A stretch of 64,000 bases of DNA from the human T2T-CHM13v2.0 reference genome, Homo sapiens, in the NCBI RefSeq assembly GCF_009914755.1, contig NC_060927.1. One strand, written 5' to 3'. Positions 40,031-54,499 of the stretch are shown here, in pieces (position 1 is the stretch's first letter; the number at the start of each line of letters is the position of its first letter). A program made the translations under genes and the position numbers. Below the pieces are notes generated by a model that did not search any database, had not been told where the DNA came from, and worked only from the letters and a program-made list of their open reading frames with translations.

Positions 40031-41160
40031 CACAGCACAGTTACCAAAGCCAGGAAACTAACACTGACACGATATTTTATTTACGTTACAGCTCTATTCA
40101 AAGCTCCAGGCTTCTTTTTGTAGAATCGTTTCCATCTGCTGGAATCCAGCATCGCCCCCACCCCCCGCCCCATTTCTAGGGGGATGCCCCCACTGCTGAC
40201 CTCTCCTGCTGTAGATCTATTTCTGGGAGGCACTGACATGCTGACTCTTGCTATGGGGTCGGCGGGGAGTGGGGAGCTGGGCATTCCCCTTCTTCCTCAG
40301 GACATCCCGGGAGCCAAATACGACGGCCAGCACTGCCCGACCCGTGCGTCCTTTTCCTTCCCACTCTTCACAGAAAGCTGCTCAGGGGTCCAGGCGCAGG
40401 CATTTTAAATACGTTGTCTTATTTCACGTGATCCACCCAGGACAAGCTGTGCTATTATCACCATTTAAAATAAGCAAAGTGAGTTGAAACTCAGGGAGGT
40501 TTGGGGACTTCCACTGGTCCTGAAGCTGGTAAGTAGCAGAGCCGGGATTTAACCCAGGGCTGTTTCCAAAGGCCTTGGCCTTTCCACCACCACTGCAATG
40601 CTTGCTTCGTGTGGCCAGAACGTCACTGAAATAAAACATCAGAGAAGTGGCCCAGTGGTCCTCAGAGGCTGTTGGCCAGCTCTTGGCCTGACCTGGCCCA
40701 CCCAGCCATCGTGGGCCTGGCTCTAGTGACCCCTCCTGGGGGAGTCTTCCTTATCCTTCAGCCACCGCCAGTGCTCCACTGTCTGGGCTTCTGCAGTAAC
40801 TTTTTCTCTCTGGTTGTCTTCTAGTGTGTCTCGCCTTCAGTAATAATAAGTGGATGATAGTTTGATTTGATCGATTGAGATGGGGTGGTTGGGGGAGGCA
40901 GCTTACAGAGAATTATGTACGTACTTCATGCCAGGCAGCCTGTTCCTCATCATCACAGAAAGGACCTCTTGAAATTCAACAATTTCAACGATTGTTGGAG
41001 GAGGTGATGAGATCCATTGGCATAAGCCCAGAAACTGCTTCAGAAGAGTGATGTGGTATGTTCCAGACCCCTCAGCAAGCGAGAGGCAAAGCTTAGACTG
41101 AAATCTACATCTTGTAACTCCGAGTCTTGGATTCTTTTCATCCCTCACTCAGCTTCCTAG

Positions 41161-41520
<360 letters not shown>

Positions 41521-41652
41521 TGAACAGGGTTTTTTTAAAGTTCCTGAACTGGGTGGCTGCCCACAAGAGGGCACTCATGCCTCTGCGTGTGAGTGTGGAA
41601 CCTGGTCGACTGCTGTGACACTCTTTGGGAAGACAGTCGGCATTTTCCACTT

Positions 41653-41671
41653 CCAGCAGCAGGTGGCAGTA
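41653..41671 (+). promoter_or_regulatory. Candidate CTCF site
   Basis: ccagcagcaggtggcagta is close to the CTCF core CCA(C/G)CAG(A/G)(T/G)GGC(A/G). Confidence 0.4.
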
Positions 41672-42249
41672 TGGGCAAGAGTATCATCACCCATCTTTCA
41701 TCTACCACCCATGTGCTTACATCTGGGCTGCTGAGATCTGCATACTTCGAATTGAGTATACCTGTCCTTCAATCTTGTCTTTACTTAAAATTCTGACATT
41801 TTGTTCACCATTTTTTGAACATTAATTCTGATTTTTAAAAAAATTTGCATTCAAGTATTATTTCTCTTGCTTACTGAGTTTTGGTATCCCCTTAAATTTT
41901 GTGCCCCAGGTGAATGCCTCACTCATCTCACTAGTCCCTGCCCTGCCTCAGAGGTACACACTTTGGAGAATTTCCCAGGGGTTATACAAACAATGATCGT
42001 TTTAAGTGACTCAGTTTCTATTACTCTTTTCTTTTGTATTACTCCTTACTAGAATTGAGCTACCTTGGTGCAGGCCTGGGGAACAGGCTTTCTTTCCCAC
42101 CTCCTGTTTTGCAATCTCCCTTTTCCATTTTACAAAAGAAAGGCCAGCTCTTCACCCTTCCTGCTCTTACCATGGGGTGTGGCCTGGTGTGTAAAAATCC
42201 TTGGGGATGCCAAACAGAAGACGAATTGAAATCTTGGTTTAGGTGTTAA

Positions 42250-42860
42250 GTAAAAGGCCATGTGAAAAATCGTTTTGCAAACTTAGTGGTTTCTAATCCT
42301 TTGCCTTTAACCTCCAAGATGAGCTTAATCAAGTTCTCAGCTGATAGACCATACGAAGTAATTTCCAATGACAGAACACTTTTTCTTTTTAACAATTTAT
42401 TTTATTTTACTTTAAGTTCTGGGTTACATGTGCAGAATGTGTAGGTCTGTTGCATGGGTATACATGTGCCACGGTGGTTTGCTGCACCTATCAACCCATC
42501 ATCTAGGTTTTAAGCCCCGCATGCCTTAGGTATTTGTCCTAATTCTCTCCCTCCTGACAGAACACTTTTGACCTTTACCTTAGAAGCTCAAGGACTAAGT
42601 GACACTGCTATAACAAAACTCCTTTCAGTCTCACCAACTTACTTATCTGAACAAAGTTTCTCAACATTAACAACTCTAAAAGTGAAAAATAGGAATCTTA
42701 TTGATGCTGAATCCTGCTGTATTCTGCTAGATATGTGAGCCAATTTTTAAGAACTCTATTCATCTGATTAAGAGTAGTGTTTAATTGTGTTTATAAAAAT
42801 ATGTCATAGACCTGTTCTGATTTGATCAATTGTGCTAATGGTAATTGTGTTAGGGGAATG
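42250..42860 (+). mobile_element. hAT-Charlie transposon relic (transposase C-terminal remnant)
   Basis: About 42615-42710 translates as KLLSVSPTYLSEQSFSTLTTLKVKNRNLIDAE, resembling the hAT dimerisation motif (LLPFPSTYLCExGFSxLxxIKTKxRNRL). Confidence 0.65.
42386..42555 (-). mobile_element. 5'-truncated L1PA 3' end
   Basis: ttttattttactttaagttctgggttacatgtgcagaatgtg...gccttaggtatttgtcctaat. 15-bp TSD tgacagaacactttt on both sides. Confidence 0.9.
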
Positions 42861-44668
42861 CTAGAAAACTAAGTTGCAGGGGCACTGGCCTAAGCCCTTT
42901 CTTGGAGAACAGTGCTGCCCTCGGCATCTGTGAGGATGGCCAAGCAGGAGGAGGTGGTTTCTGGGAAGGATCCTTCTGTCAGCTCTTGGCCTTCACTAGT
43001 GTGTGGGAGCCATGTGCACAGACCTGGCTGAGTCTTGCTCTCTTCTCCTCACTCCACCACCTCTGCTGTGCCTGTTCCTGTTCCTCCTTTCCCTTCTGGT
43101 CATTCCTTCACCCTTCCTCACCCCAGCCCATCCCGGCCAAGGGGAGGAAGAGCTGGAAGGAGGCAGTACAGATGGAGACCCTCCGTGTGAAGAAAGGGGT
43201 GCATGGGAGACCTGAGGCTGGTCCTGGCAGTTCTGGCTGTGGGACCCTGGAGAAGGCCTGTGGGGCATCTTGGCCCCCAGTTTCTTCATCCGCAAAATGA
43301 AGTTTGGATTAGATGATCTCTAAGACTCCTGAGTTCAAGATTCTACCCACTGTTCTCAGGAAAGTTTTTGTAGAATCCTTTCCAGATAAGAAAGCTATTT
43401 TGTAGAATGGAAATGGTGGCTGTTTCCTCTGCCCATCAAGGCTCATCCCCTTCACTGACTGTCTCATTTTCTGCAGTGACTATTGGCCATTGCTATCTCT
43501 TGAATCCCAAATGTGTACACGTTCAGATGCCTGGTAGACACCACCACCTAGAAGCCCTTAGGCACCTATGTCAACATGTCCAAAAGGGAACTCAGGGTCT
43601 TTCCACTCAAATCTGCTCCTCTTCCTGAGTTTACCATCTCTGTGAAGATCCTCACCTGCCCAGTTACCCAAACGCCAAACCTGTGGGGCATCAAAGGTGA
43701 CTTAGTGTCTGTCTTGAGACACTTGAGATCCAAGTAATTACCAGGACTCTATGATTTTTGCTTCCCAAAGAACTCTCTGATCTGTTCCCTCTCCTCCAAT
43801 TCCATTGCTGTGGGGCTCAAGTCTCCTGCTTGAACCATTGCAAATAACAGTCTTACTGTTTCCGTAACTCCCCCAGGTCTCTCCCACCCACCATAAACCA
43901 TGACCTTTGCTGCATAAGCACTAGTTGTATGGGAGAGAAAGGCTGGTTCAGGCCTCGGTTGGAGCTGGCCCATGGAAAGCAATCTTCTCTTCCATGCGCA
44001 AACATGCACATCTTTGCCTCATCCGAAAACACTGCTCTGCTGATGTGGCCCTAATGCCTTAGACCCCCAGGTGACACTTTTTCCTTTGATTTTGGCTTTG
44101 CACAGATAAAAAGGAGATATTAATAAAAACAAAACTAACAATGTTTGCACTGACCCCAAAGCCCCTCGCCATGAGCTGGGCAACATTTAATATTCATAAA
44201 CCTAGCAGGGAGGTATTACTAAACTTATTTCATAATTGAGGAAAATGAGGTATAAAGATAACTTTTGTGAGAACATTTAGTGATGGGCCTGGAATTTCAG
44301 CACAGGTCTGTTGCGTTCCAAAGCCCACATGCCATCTGCTATATAAATCAAGTCCTTCCTGGATCTTGAAGAAAGTTTTAAGATTTTCTTGATGTGATTG
44401 TGAAAGATGTGTAAAGGAGAGTTGATAGTGATGTGTATTGATGTGTATTTGTGATTGGTGGTACAGCCTCCTGTAAAAACACATTTTCCACTCAGATTTT
44501 TTAGGGCTATTCTGAGGCCTAATGGTAAGCTCTAGCTCACCTGCTTTTCATGGGTGACTCATCTATGAGCATGGTTTATGAATCTTTCAAGCTGAAAATC
44601 ATGGCACAACCCACAAAACAACTAACCTTTTTCTCCACTAGAAGGCACTGTTGTTTCATGCAATGTGA

Positions 44669-44999
<331 letters not shown>

Positions 45000-46194
45000 C
45001 AATGCAATCTTTAGAAGAAGAAACTGAGGTACAGGGAGGCTAAATGACCAGCCATGGTCACACACCTTGCTAGAGAATGAGCCCAGGAGTCTCACTTTTT
45101 TAGTAGGAAGTAGCTTTTTGCAAACCATTTCTCCAAGTCAACACCTGGTAAGTATTGAGTGCCTACTATGCACCAAGCACTCTGCCTGGAGCCTGCTCTT
45201 GAGTTGTTGTTTACCACCTGACAGGACACTCGGCATTTTTAAGAGCTCAAAGACAAATGGATGGAGCTGCTTTTGAGAGTAGCTCTCCTGGTTTGCACTG
45301 TTGAGAAAATTGGACAATAAGGTAGGAAAATGCTTTTTGGATGAGGACAGGCAAGCCACACAGCTAGGCCAAAGGCAAATTAGGAAACTAGGGCTTCCTC
45401 TAACCTCTAGGGTTTTCTTAAACCAGGTTGTCAGTGGCAGTGACACTAGGTCAGAAAGAAACTCTAGATTTAGATTCCAGCTCTGCCACCTTCTAGTCTT
45501 GTGGCCTTGGAGAAGTCACACTGTTTGAACTGTGGTTTCTTCATCTGCATGATTTGAAATGGGAGGAGCAGCAGAGCCAAGTTCACAGACATGAAAGCTG
45601 AAGACAAGTTTCTTAGCCTCTCAAGTCAGCCATGGCTGGTTTATCTGTGGTTACTGTATCACTTCAAATCACCTATGAATGATTCTCTCCAAGGCCATTA
45701 GTGAAGGCAGCAGAGAAGGGCCTGGAGTCCACATCTGTTTAGCTACCAGATACTCTGCTTCCACGAGCCAGGCTAGCTTTCTATGATGAGAGATGTGCAC
45801 GGGGAGGTGAAGAACAGATCATCCACTGGGAACCACAGTGACCCAGGCTTAGGATCACTCTTTCTGAGGCTGTTTTCCCATCTGGCAGGTGGGCTTATTC
45901 CCTCCCTCACGCTGCTGTTGTGGACTACACCTGTGTAAAGGCTCTGCCCTGCTGCTTGGCACACAATTATGAAGATTGTGGAACAATGGTACCGATGAAA
46001 AAGCTTTGGAAACGAAACTCCCCTACATAAGAGATAACAAAAAGCATGACTTTACCTGGGTAGGAAAAAACCACAGTGAGCTCAGCTGTGACCTAGTTCC
46101 TTATTATACAAGAAAGACAATTCTCTAGGGAAGATAGTCTGGCAATGCAGTTGGCTCTGAACTAATAAGGATCCGGCCAAATTGAAAGTTAGGT

Positions 46195-46368
46195 CAGTGG
46201 TTCTCAGGCCATGCCAGACAGTAAAATCACCTGAAGTACTTTCTAGAAAACCCAATACCCTGGCTACACTCTAGACTGGTTAAATCAGAATCTCTGGGGA
46301 GCAGAATCAGGCACTGGTAGTGTTTAAAGCTCCCCAGGTGATTCCAAGATGTAGTGGTTGGGAACCAG
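46195..46368. mobile_element. MER5A (hAT-Charlie)
   Basis: cagtggttctca...aatcacctg...taaatcagaatctctgggg...aagctccccaggtgattc...ttgggaacca. Confidence 0.75.
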
Positions 46369-46671
46369 ACTTATGTGAAGCCAGCTGCCTCCTAGGTTAG
46401 GCTTTTGGAAAAAAACTCATCAGCCCTAGAATATCTCTTCCCATTTCTTGAGTCTTCCTCAAGAAATTCCTACCACTCTAGCTATTGAGCAATGGTACCA
46501 TGCACACTAACCAGGTTTGGTGACAATCAGATTGGTCGTTTTAAATTGATTTTAACAAGAAGCAGAGGTTGGAGTTGAAGAACTTAGTGTAATCAGTTAA
46601 TTTCAGTAGGAAGTAGGCATGCTTATCAGCTAGGATTAGATTTGGTTTAAAATCCAGAATAACCGGGACTT

Positions 46672-46831
46672 AGCCAGGTATGATGGCCCACTCCTGTAAT
46701 CCCAGCTACTCAGGAGGCTGAAACAGGATGATTGCTTGAGCCCAGGAGTTTGAGACCAGCCTAAGCAATATAGCAAGACTCTCATCTTTAAAAAGAAGAA
46801 TAATAAAATAAAATATATTAAAAAAATAAAA
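46672..46831 (+). mobile_element. Alu monomer (FLAM/FAM-like)
   Basis: Single Alu monomer with an A-rich tail. Confidence 0.8.
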
Positions 46832-46964
46832 ACAGAGACTTAAACAAGACAGAAAACTTGAGCCAGGTAGTCCAGTGCTGGTCTGGCCACTTCATGGTCA
46901 TTGGAGATCAAAGTTCCTTCTATTTTTCCACTCTACCATCCTAGCATGGAGCTTCCATCTTTGA

Positions 46965-47378
<414 letters not shown>

Positions 47379-48021
47379 TAAGGAGTGTTCTCTTTTCCTT
47401 ATATCTATCGCATAGGCCAGAACTTTTTCCAGTGTGTAGCTGTAAGGAAGGCTGAGAAGTGCAATCTTTTAAGTAGTTACCTTGACACCCAAATTAAATT
47501 AAACTCTTTAAGGAAAGGGCAAATGGGAAGCAACTAGAAGTTTGTGTCATGGAGCCATTGCAGACCCAAAGCCTGAATGTTGGAGGGAACTGGAAACTAG
47601 GGGGCAGGAGAATTAAAAGATCTTGAAGACTAAATGATGACTCATCCGTCTGGTTCCCAAAAGCTTGCTCCTATGAGTCTTTCAGTAGAGGAAGAATGTT
47701 TTCAATTGTGCGGCTGGGTTAAATCCTAGTTCCTTTTCAACAAATTCCTAGTTCCTAAGCATGGCTTTCTCAGCCTTTGCTTTGGAATTAGCCCTCTCAA
47801 GAGGCCTCTTCTTAAAGAGCATGAACCTAGGAGAGTGCTATGCCCCTAAGTAGCTTCCTACCTGCCTATTCCTGCATGGTAGGATCATTGATTGCTGGCT
47901 CTGTGACTCTGTGGCAGAGCTTGACTAAACTTTGCACAGCTTTTTTATTCTCCCACTCCCTTGGAGAGTTAGTTGCACCCTTTTACCAGTCATGTCCCAG
48001 TAGGAAACAGATTCCAACTCA

Positions 48022-48348
<327 letters not shown>

Positions 48349-48351
48349 TTA

Positions 48352-49700
48352 CAGGCAGTCCTCAATTTATACAGTTCTGATATGCTTAAATATCAATGAT
48401 CATGTTTTAGTTAAATAACACAGTCCCCCAACCAGATAGTTCAAATTTCAGCTACATTGTTATACTGGTAAAGTATAATTTTATTTTATTTTATTTTTTA
48501 TTTATTGAGATGGAGTCTTGCTCTGTCATCCAGGCTGGAGTGCAGTGGCATGATCTCGGCTCACTGCAAACTCTGCCTCCTGGGTTCAAGTGATTCTCCA
48601 GCCCCAGCCTCCTGAATAGCTGGGACTACAGGCACATGCCACCATACCTGGCTAATTTTTGTATTTTTAGTAGAGATGGGGTTTCACCATGTTGGCCAGG
48701 CTGGTCTCAAACTCCTGACCTCAAGTGATGTCCCCCCCTCGGCCTCCCAAAGTGCTGGGATTACAAGTGTGAGCCACTGCACCTGGCCCCTTGCTAAAGT
48801 ATAATTTCACTGCTAACTCTTCAGGCCACACATCACTAACAGATATGCTGCATGATCAGTGACCCACCACATTGCTTCTTTCAAAGTGTATTGGTGACTG
48901 GGCACCATGTGCCTGTTATTCAGCTCATCCACTGGCAGCACAGTGTGTAGTTGTGTTGCACTTTGTCTTCTGGTGAGAAATTCATGTGACAGTTTACAAA
49001 AATGGATAATTGAAAGAGGGAACTGACTAATAAAGATAAAAATGCAGCAAAGAAATGCAAAGTGAGAATGATGGAAGTGAGGTTTGTGTAGAATATAAAT
49101 GGAGTTAGAAAAGAAAAAGCTGACTGTGGGAAGGTGGATGCTGCTGCTGTTTGAAGTTCTGGATATGCAACCAGAGGAACGTAGTGACCGTGAGCTTATC
49201 TACATAAATGACAACAGTGCCTGTGGCAAAAAGGATAAAGATGTCCTGGAGGAAATGATGCCAGCAAAAAACCACGAAAAGGAATTCTTAGAGATATTTT
49301 GTGACATTGAAAGCAAAAAAGATAAAATGTAAGAACTAATCCAAGCTTGAGAAGGAGGATGACAATTTTCCGGGAATAGAAAAGATACCCACTGAATCGA
49401 AATCTATATATAATGGGAAGGAAGTGGCAAGCACTGTCCAAACGGTTCTCGGTAAGATTTTCACAAAGAAAACACTTTAATTTCCAATGTTTCTAATGTT
49501 TTCAATTAGTGTATTTAATATCAATTTTTGCGACTTTTTCTCTTACTGACAGTAAGAAAGTTTAATGTTTTGACAAACATTTTTGAAAGGTCAGAGGACA
49601 ATCGTCCTCTTCCCCATCGATTATTAAGATTGTTTTGCATGGTTTCAGCTTACATGGCCATTTTACAGTCCTAGACTACTGTGCAAAGTGAGTGCTTCCC
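48352..49700 (+). mobile_element. Tigger (Tigger13-like) DNA transposon relic with an inserted Alu
   Basis: TA + caggcagtcctc terminal, with the other end gtgcaaagtgagtgc. The ORF at 49099-49332 resembles a degenerate pogo-type transposase acidic C-terminus. Confidence 0.65.
48479..48788 (-). mobile_element. Alu (AluSx-like)
   Basis: Reverse Alu with TSD taaagtataattt. Confidence 0.94.
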
Positions 49701-50102
49701 ATACTTACACAGCTCTGGGTACTATTCAGCAAAACGACAAGGGATATTAAGGCATTCAGAGGCTGGCCACAGCGGGAAGTACCCTGTCAGGCAGAAGGCC
49801 ACAGGAGGAAATAATGCTGCTGGAGCCATAGCCGGTCCACGCAATAAGCGATCTCTCGGTGGAGGACATAGCCATAGACAGAAAATGCAGCAAAGCACAC
49901 AGAGGAGACTGGGAGGAAAGAGCCCAGCACCTGCCTCTGTACAACCTCTTAACTCTTGCAGGTGCTTTCCACTGGGGGAAGCCAGCTGGAAGCCAGCTAG
50001 CCGTGGGTCCGGGCAATGCAGTCTGGTCAGACTCCCAGGGCACAGAGCTGGGTGGAGGTGGATGGAGCCCAACTGGGGGCTTACATACACTTAACATTGT
50101 AC

Positions 50103-50404
50103 TTTCTTTCTTTCTTTCTTTTTTTTTTCAGACAGAGTCTCACTCTGTCACCCAGGCTGGAGTGCAATGGTGCAATCTTGGCTCACTGCAACCTCCACCT
50201 CCTGGCTTCAAGCAGTTCTCCTGCCTCAGCCTCCTAAGTAGCTGAGATTACAGGCACGGGCCACCACGCCTGGCTAATTTTTGTATTTTTAGTAGAGATA
50301 GTGTTTCACTATGTTGTCCAGGCTGGTTTTGAACTGCTGACCTCAGGTGATCCGCCTGCCTCCCAAAGGGCTGGGATTACAGGAGTGAGCCACCGCGCCT
50401 GGCC
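50103..50404 (-). mobile_element. Alu (AluS-type) with a (CTTT)n tail
   Basis: Reverse Alu dimer. Confidence 0.93.
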
Positions 50405-51056
50405 GTACCTTCGTGTTTATGTCCATGTCCTGCAGTTGAGGACAAAGCTATCTGCATCTCTGAGTACCACTGATAAAGACAAAGTAAGCAGAGGTGGAAT
50501 CCAGGTTTCCATGCTCTCAATGTAGGGCTCCTAACATCTCCAGTGATCCAGCATCCCCTTGGAGCTGCTTACCAGCTTGACTAGGACAACACACAGAGTT
50601 AGAGGTCAATGAGGAGGAAAAAAATGTCAACAAAATCTTTCTTCCTGGCCCCCCAAAAGTGTTTTGGGGCTCTAAAATACAAGCATATGCTTCACATGTT
50701 TCCAGTGAACATTTTCCATGTCAAATATACCTCTGGCTTTTTTTTCTTTTGTCCTGGCAAGCTGTGTTGCTTCTGGATTTTTAATACTCAAACCCCACAA
50801 AATGTATCTCTCAATGTTTTTCATCCAGTGTTTTTAAGAAAAATTTCTATTGACAGTCCACAAGACTCAGTGGATTTTAATCAAGATAGGCTGGGAAAGT
50901 TTCAGATTACATCCCAAAGACAATGGTTAGAATGGCAGGGCAGGTGTGGGTACACCTCTTTCAGATGTTGCTGTATAGGAAGTGTAGTGCTTGGAATCGA
51001 GTTTTACGGCATTTTACTTTCTGACATGATAGTTTCTGTAACTTACATAAGGGATT

Positions 51057-51090
51057 TGTGTGTGTGTGTGTGTGTGTGCGTGCGTGTGTG
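51057..51090. repeat. (GT)n microsatellite
   Basis: tgtgtgtgtgtgtgtgtgtgtgcgtgcgtgtgtg. Confidence 0.9.
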
Positions 51091-51398
51091 AGTGTTTTAG
51101 TTACATATTTGGAAATCTACTGGGGACTTGGGGCATTCATTAAGCCAGAGTTTACCATTTAAATAGGACAGAGGGTGCTATTCTGCAGAATGCTTGATTT
51201 CCATGAATGGTCTACCATTAGGAGATGGCTGTATGTTGCCCTGTTGCTCTGGGGCTGGTTCAGGGATAATCCTTTCCATATGAGAGCTCCCAGTCTCAGA
51301 AGTCTCCCCACTAAGCCTATCTAGAATGCCCCTCAGTGCCCATTTAAGTCACCTGTGCTGCTGGTTTCCTTGCAAGAGGACTAAGAGGATCAGCCGGG

Positions 51399-51621
51399 CA
51401 GTGTTTCAAAACCTCGCCACTATTGGCATTTGGGGCTGGATAATTCTTTGTTGTGGGGGCTGTCCTGGGCATTGTAGGATGTTTTCCAGCATCCCTGACC
51501 CCTGCCCGCTAGACGCCAGCAATACCCTGCTTCAGCTGTGATAGCCAAAAATGTCTGCAGACCAGTCCAAATGTCCCCTGGGGGGAAAAATTACCCCCAG
51601 TTGAGAAGCTGAGAACCACTG
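51399..51621. mobile_element. MER20 (hAT-Charlie)
   Basis: cactattggcatttggggctggataattctttgttgtgggggctgtcctg...ccaaatgtcccctgggggg...gagaaccactg. Confidence 0.88.
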
Positions 51622-52964
51622 AGGTAGAGGGTAGCTGCAAATTTCCTCACAGAAAGGTGCCATGAAAATGTAGTAGTTGAAGTAGAATTTATTTATTTTT
51701 GATGCTTCTAATTGCAATTCTGTTACTTAACATGACATAAAGAAACCATATTTCCCAAAGCAAAATTCAGAATGCACAACAAAAGCTTTTTTTAAAAAAC
51801 AAAAACAAAGACTCTTGTACGAATGTATTTACTCACCAGCAGTATACAGTTTAAGGCACATTTGTATAGGGGTTTTTTTCTGCTCTCTTCCGCCTTTATC
51901 CTTCACAGGTATTTCCCTTAATCAATCTCTTGTATGTTTAATTCCTTCTTGGCCTCCGCTTCTAGGAGAACTTAAATGGATTCAAAGACTCAAAAAAAGT
52001 GGTAGTGGCAGCTGAAGCCAATATGGCCATGGAGGGCACCACTCAGATCCCTTTAACAGAACCTGCTGCAAGGAGCAGAGTGGACTGACAGCCTTGGCTG
52101 CCACCCCTAAGGACACTAGACCAGACTTACCCCGGCTGCCTCTGGGCAGTGACTGAGTACGTAGGAGCGTTTGTGCTGATCCATTCCTACCCAACGAGGG
52201 TGACTCCTCTCATGGAGAATTTTAGCTTGGGAACTCCCCAGCAATCTGGCCAAGATGTTCTCAGAACTGTACTGCAGTCTGAGGTTCTTCCACCTAGCCT
52301 TTCCTGCTCTCTCTTTTACACAGGTGTGGGACCTGTGTTGTGGAGGGCTCTCCCTGCCTATTCCTGCTCCCTTGAACCCTGGATCCTTCACAGGTGTTGC
52401 CCCCAAAACATCTCTTACACTTCTAATCCCATCCTGTCTGCTTCTCAGAGAACAGACAAGTAATGAATTCCCTTCACTAAAACAAAATTATGCAAAATAT
52501 AATATGTATAATAAAATTATACAAGCTATAACAAGGTAATGGAATAATTATACTATTAAAATCAGAGATGTACCAGAAAATCGGCATGTACAATTACCTT
52601 AGCTTTGCTTCCCTTAGATGTGTTCTCTTAGGAAAGGATTGCATTCCTAAGAGAATTATCTGTATTAAGGAACAGGCACTCCATAATTGCCTTCCCCACC
52701 CCTCCACCTGGAACTTTCTCTAATAATGTAGAAGACACCTGCACACCAATGGTATCATAATCCTTTTTCCTGACGTGGCTTTGGATTCCATTCTATCCAG
52801 ATAGAGGAATGGAACCCCGGATCCATTCAGTTCACAGAGACACGAATCCTCTAAGCTAAGATGTCATTTTACCCTCACCCCCAAACAAACCTGCTTCCTT
52901 GTTCTTGTCTATCCCTCCTCTTCTTCTTCCTCTTCAAATGTGATGACCATTATTCAACATGAAG

Positions 52965-53555
52965 ATATGAGTCTGGGATATAGAGCAGGCTGAAACTTAA
53001 GGACTGAGGCTTTGCCTTTGTAGCCAGAAAGAGAAAAGTAGTCCCTGACAGCTGGCTCTTACTGGCCAGGTGCTCATGGCTGGGCTGTAATGTTTTTCTG
53101 CTGAACCACAGCCTATCTCACAGATTGCCAGCATCAGACAGGGGCTGGCAAAAACAAGACCATTCTGTAATCACGTCTGAGTAGGGACAAAAACAAGGTC
53201 ACTGTGAAAATCACAAGAATCACTAAATATCCCCCACTCCAGCTAACACAACTGACTGCTTGCTGTTTTTTTAACCAATCACAGCTTTAGCCCTGCTGCA
53301 CGCATTCCACCTTCTGCATAAAAATTAAGATGCCCTCTCATAGTATTGCTCCTGCCTCCTGATAGCATCCAATCCAGCGCAAACCCCTGCTTCCTTAAGA
53401 CGTCTCTCAAATCAGTTAACATGAGCCCATATATATTAGAAGTCCCTTCTAACACCGTCTTACTGAGACACCCCATGGTTCCTCATCACAGACAGACTCC
53501 CCCACTGCAACAAATTAAAAAATCCAATTTTGTTCCTGGGGGTCTTTGGCTACAG
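52965..53555 (+). mobile_element. Old ERV1-class solo LTR (family uncertain)
   Basis: catcagaca...aagaccattctgtaatcacgtctgag...acaaaaacaagg, a TATA-like atatatattag and ATTAAA near 53514. Confidence 0.4.
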
Positions 53556-54074
53556 GGCACAGGCAGTAGTTAGTTGGTCAGGTCCTGGCCAGTTCTATGA
53601 CTCTGGCTCCCAAGGTGCTAGATTCTGCCTATGAAAGAAAAGGATAAGAAATTAAAGAGTACAAGACAATGAGGAGGAAAAGGATTTCATGACAGACAGC
53701 TCAGATGGGGATGAATCTCCTGACCAGAGTTCCCACTCCAACTCTCATTGCCCTGTGACCTTGAACAATTCATACGAATTCTTCCTCATTGGTAAAGTGG
53801 AAATACACTTAACCTTCACAGGGCTGTAAAACAAGTTCCAAACCAATCAAGACCGAGAACAAGCCATGTACAGTGGCCAGCATACGGAAAACACATGCTG
53901 CACGGGTGGGAGACACTGGTGAGTTGGACTTATAGTGAGTTGAGGAGAAGACCGAAGGTCCTGAGAACTGAGGAGGAGATGAACTGAGAGAGAGTGAAAA
54001 TCTGGTCATTTTGGGAGAGAGAAGAGCTAAGAACATCAAGGGGAAACAAAGCTGGAAATAGGAATTTAGGACAC

Positions 54075-54499
54075 TGATATGGTTTCGGTGTTTGTTCCCT
54101 CCAAATCTCATGTTGAGATGTGATCTCCAGTTTTGGAGTTGGGGCCTGGTGGGAGGTGATTGGATCATGGCGGTGGACTCCACATGAATGGCTTAGCACT
54201 ATCACCTAATTCTCTTGGTGATGAGTGAGTTCTCACTATATGAATTCACCCAAGAACTTGTTGTTTAAAAGGAGCCTGGCACCTCCTCCTCTCTCTTGCT
54301 CCCTCTCTTGCCATGTGGCATGCTGCATCCCCTTCACCTTCTGCCATGACAGGAAGCTTCCTGATGCCCTCACCAGATACAGATGCTGGCACCATCCTTT
54401 GTGTACAGCTTGCAGAACCATGAGTCAAATAAGCCTCTTTTCTTTATAAACTACCCAGCCTCAGGTGTTCCTTTATAGCACTGCAAATGGACTAACACA
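54075..54499 (+). mobile_element. MST-type (MSTA/MSTB) MaLR solo LTR
   Basis: tgatatggtttcggtgtttgttccctccaaatctcatgttg...aaatggactaacaca. TSD gacac/gagac. Confidence 0.85.

Noticed and set aside
38723-40047. Long minus-strand ORFs (216, 133, 170 and 132 aa) over CLEC3B exon 3
   Set aside because: Antisense shadows of a GC-rich coding exon, where stop codons are depleted. No recognisable domain or splice structure.
49099-49332. 77-aa acidic ORF resembling a transposase tail
   Set aside because: A short fragment of a decayed Tigger element with no DDE core.
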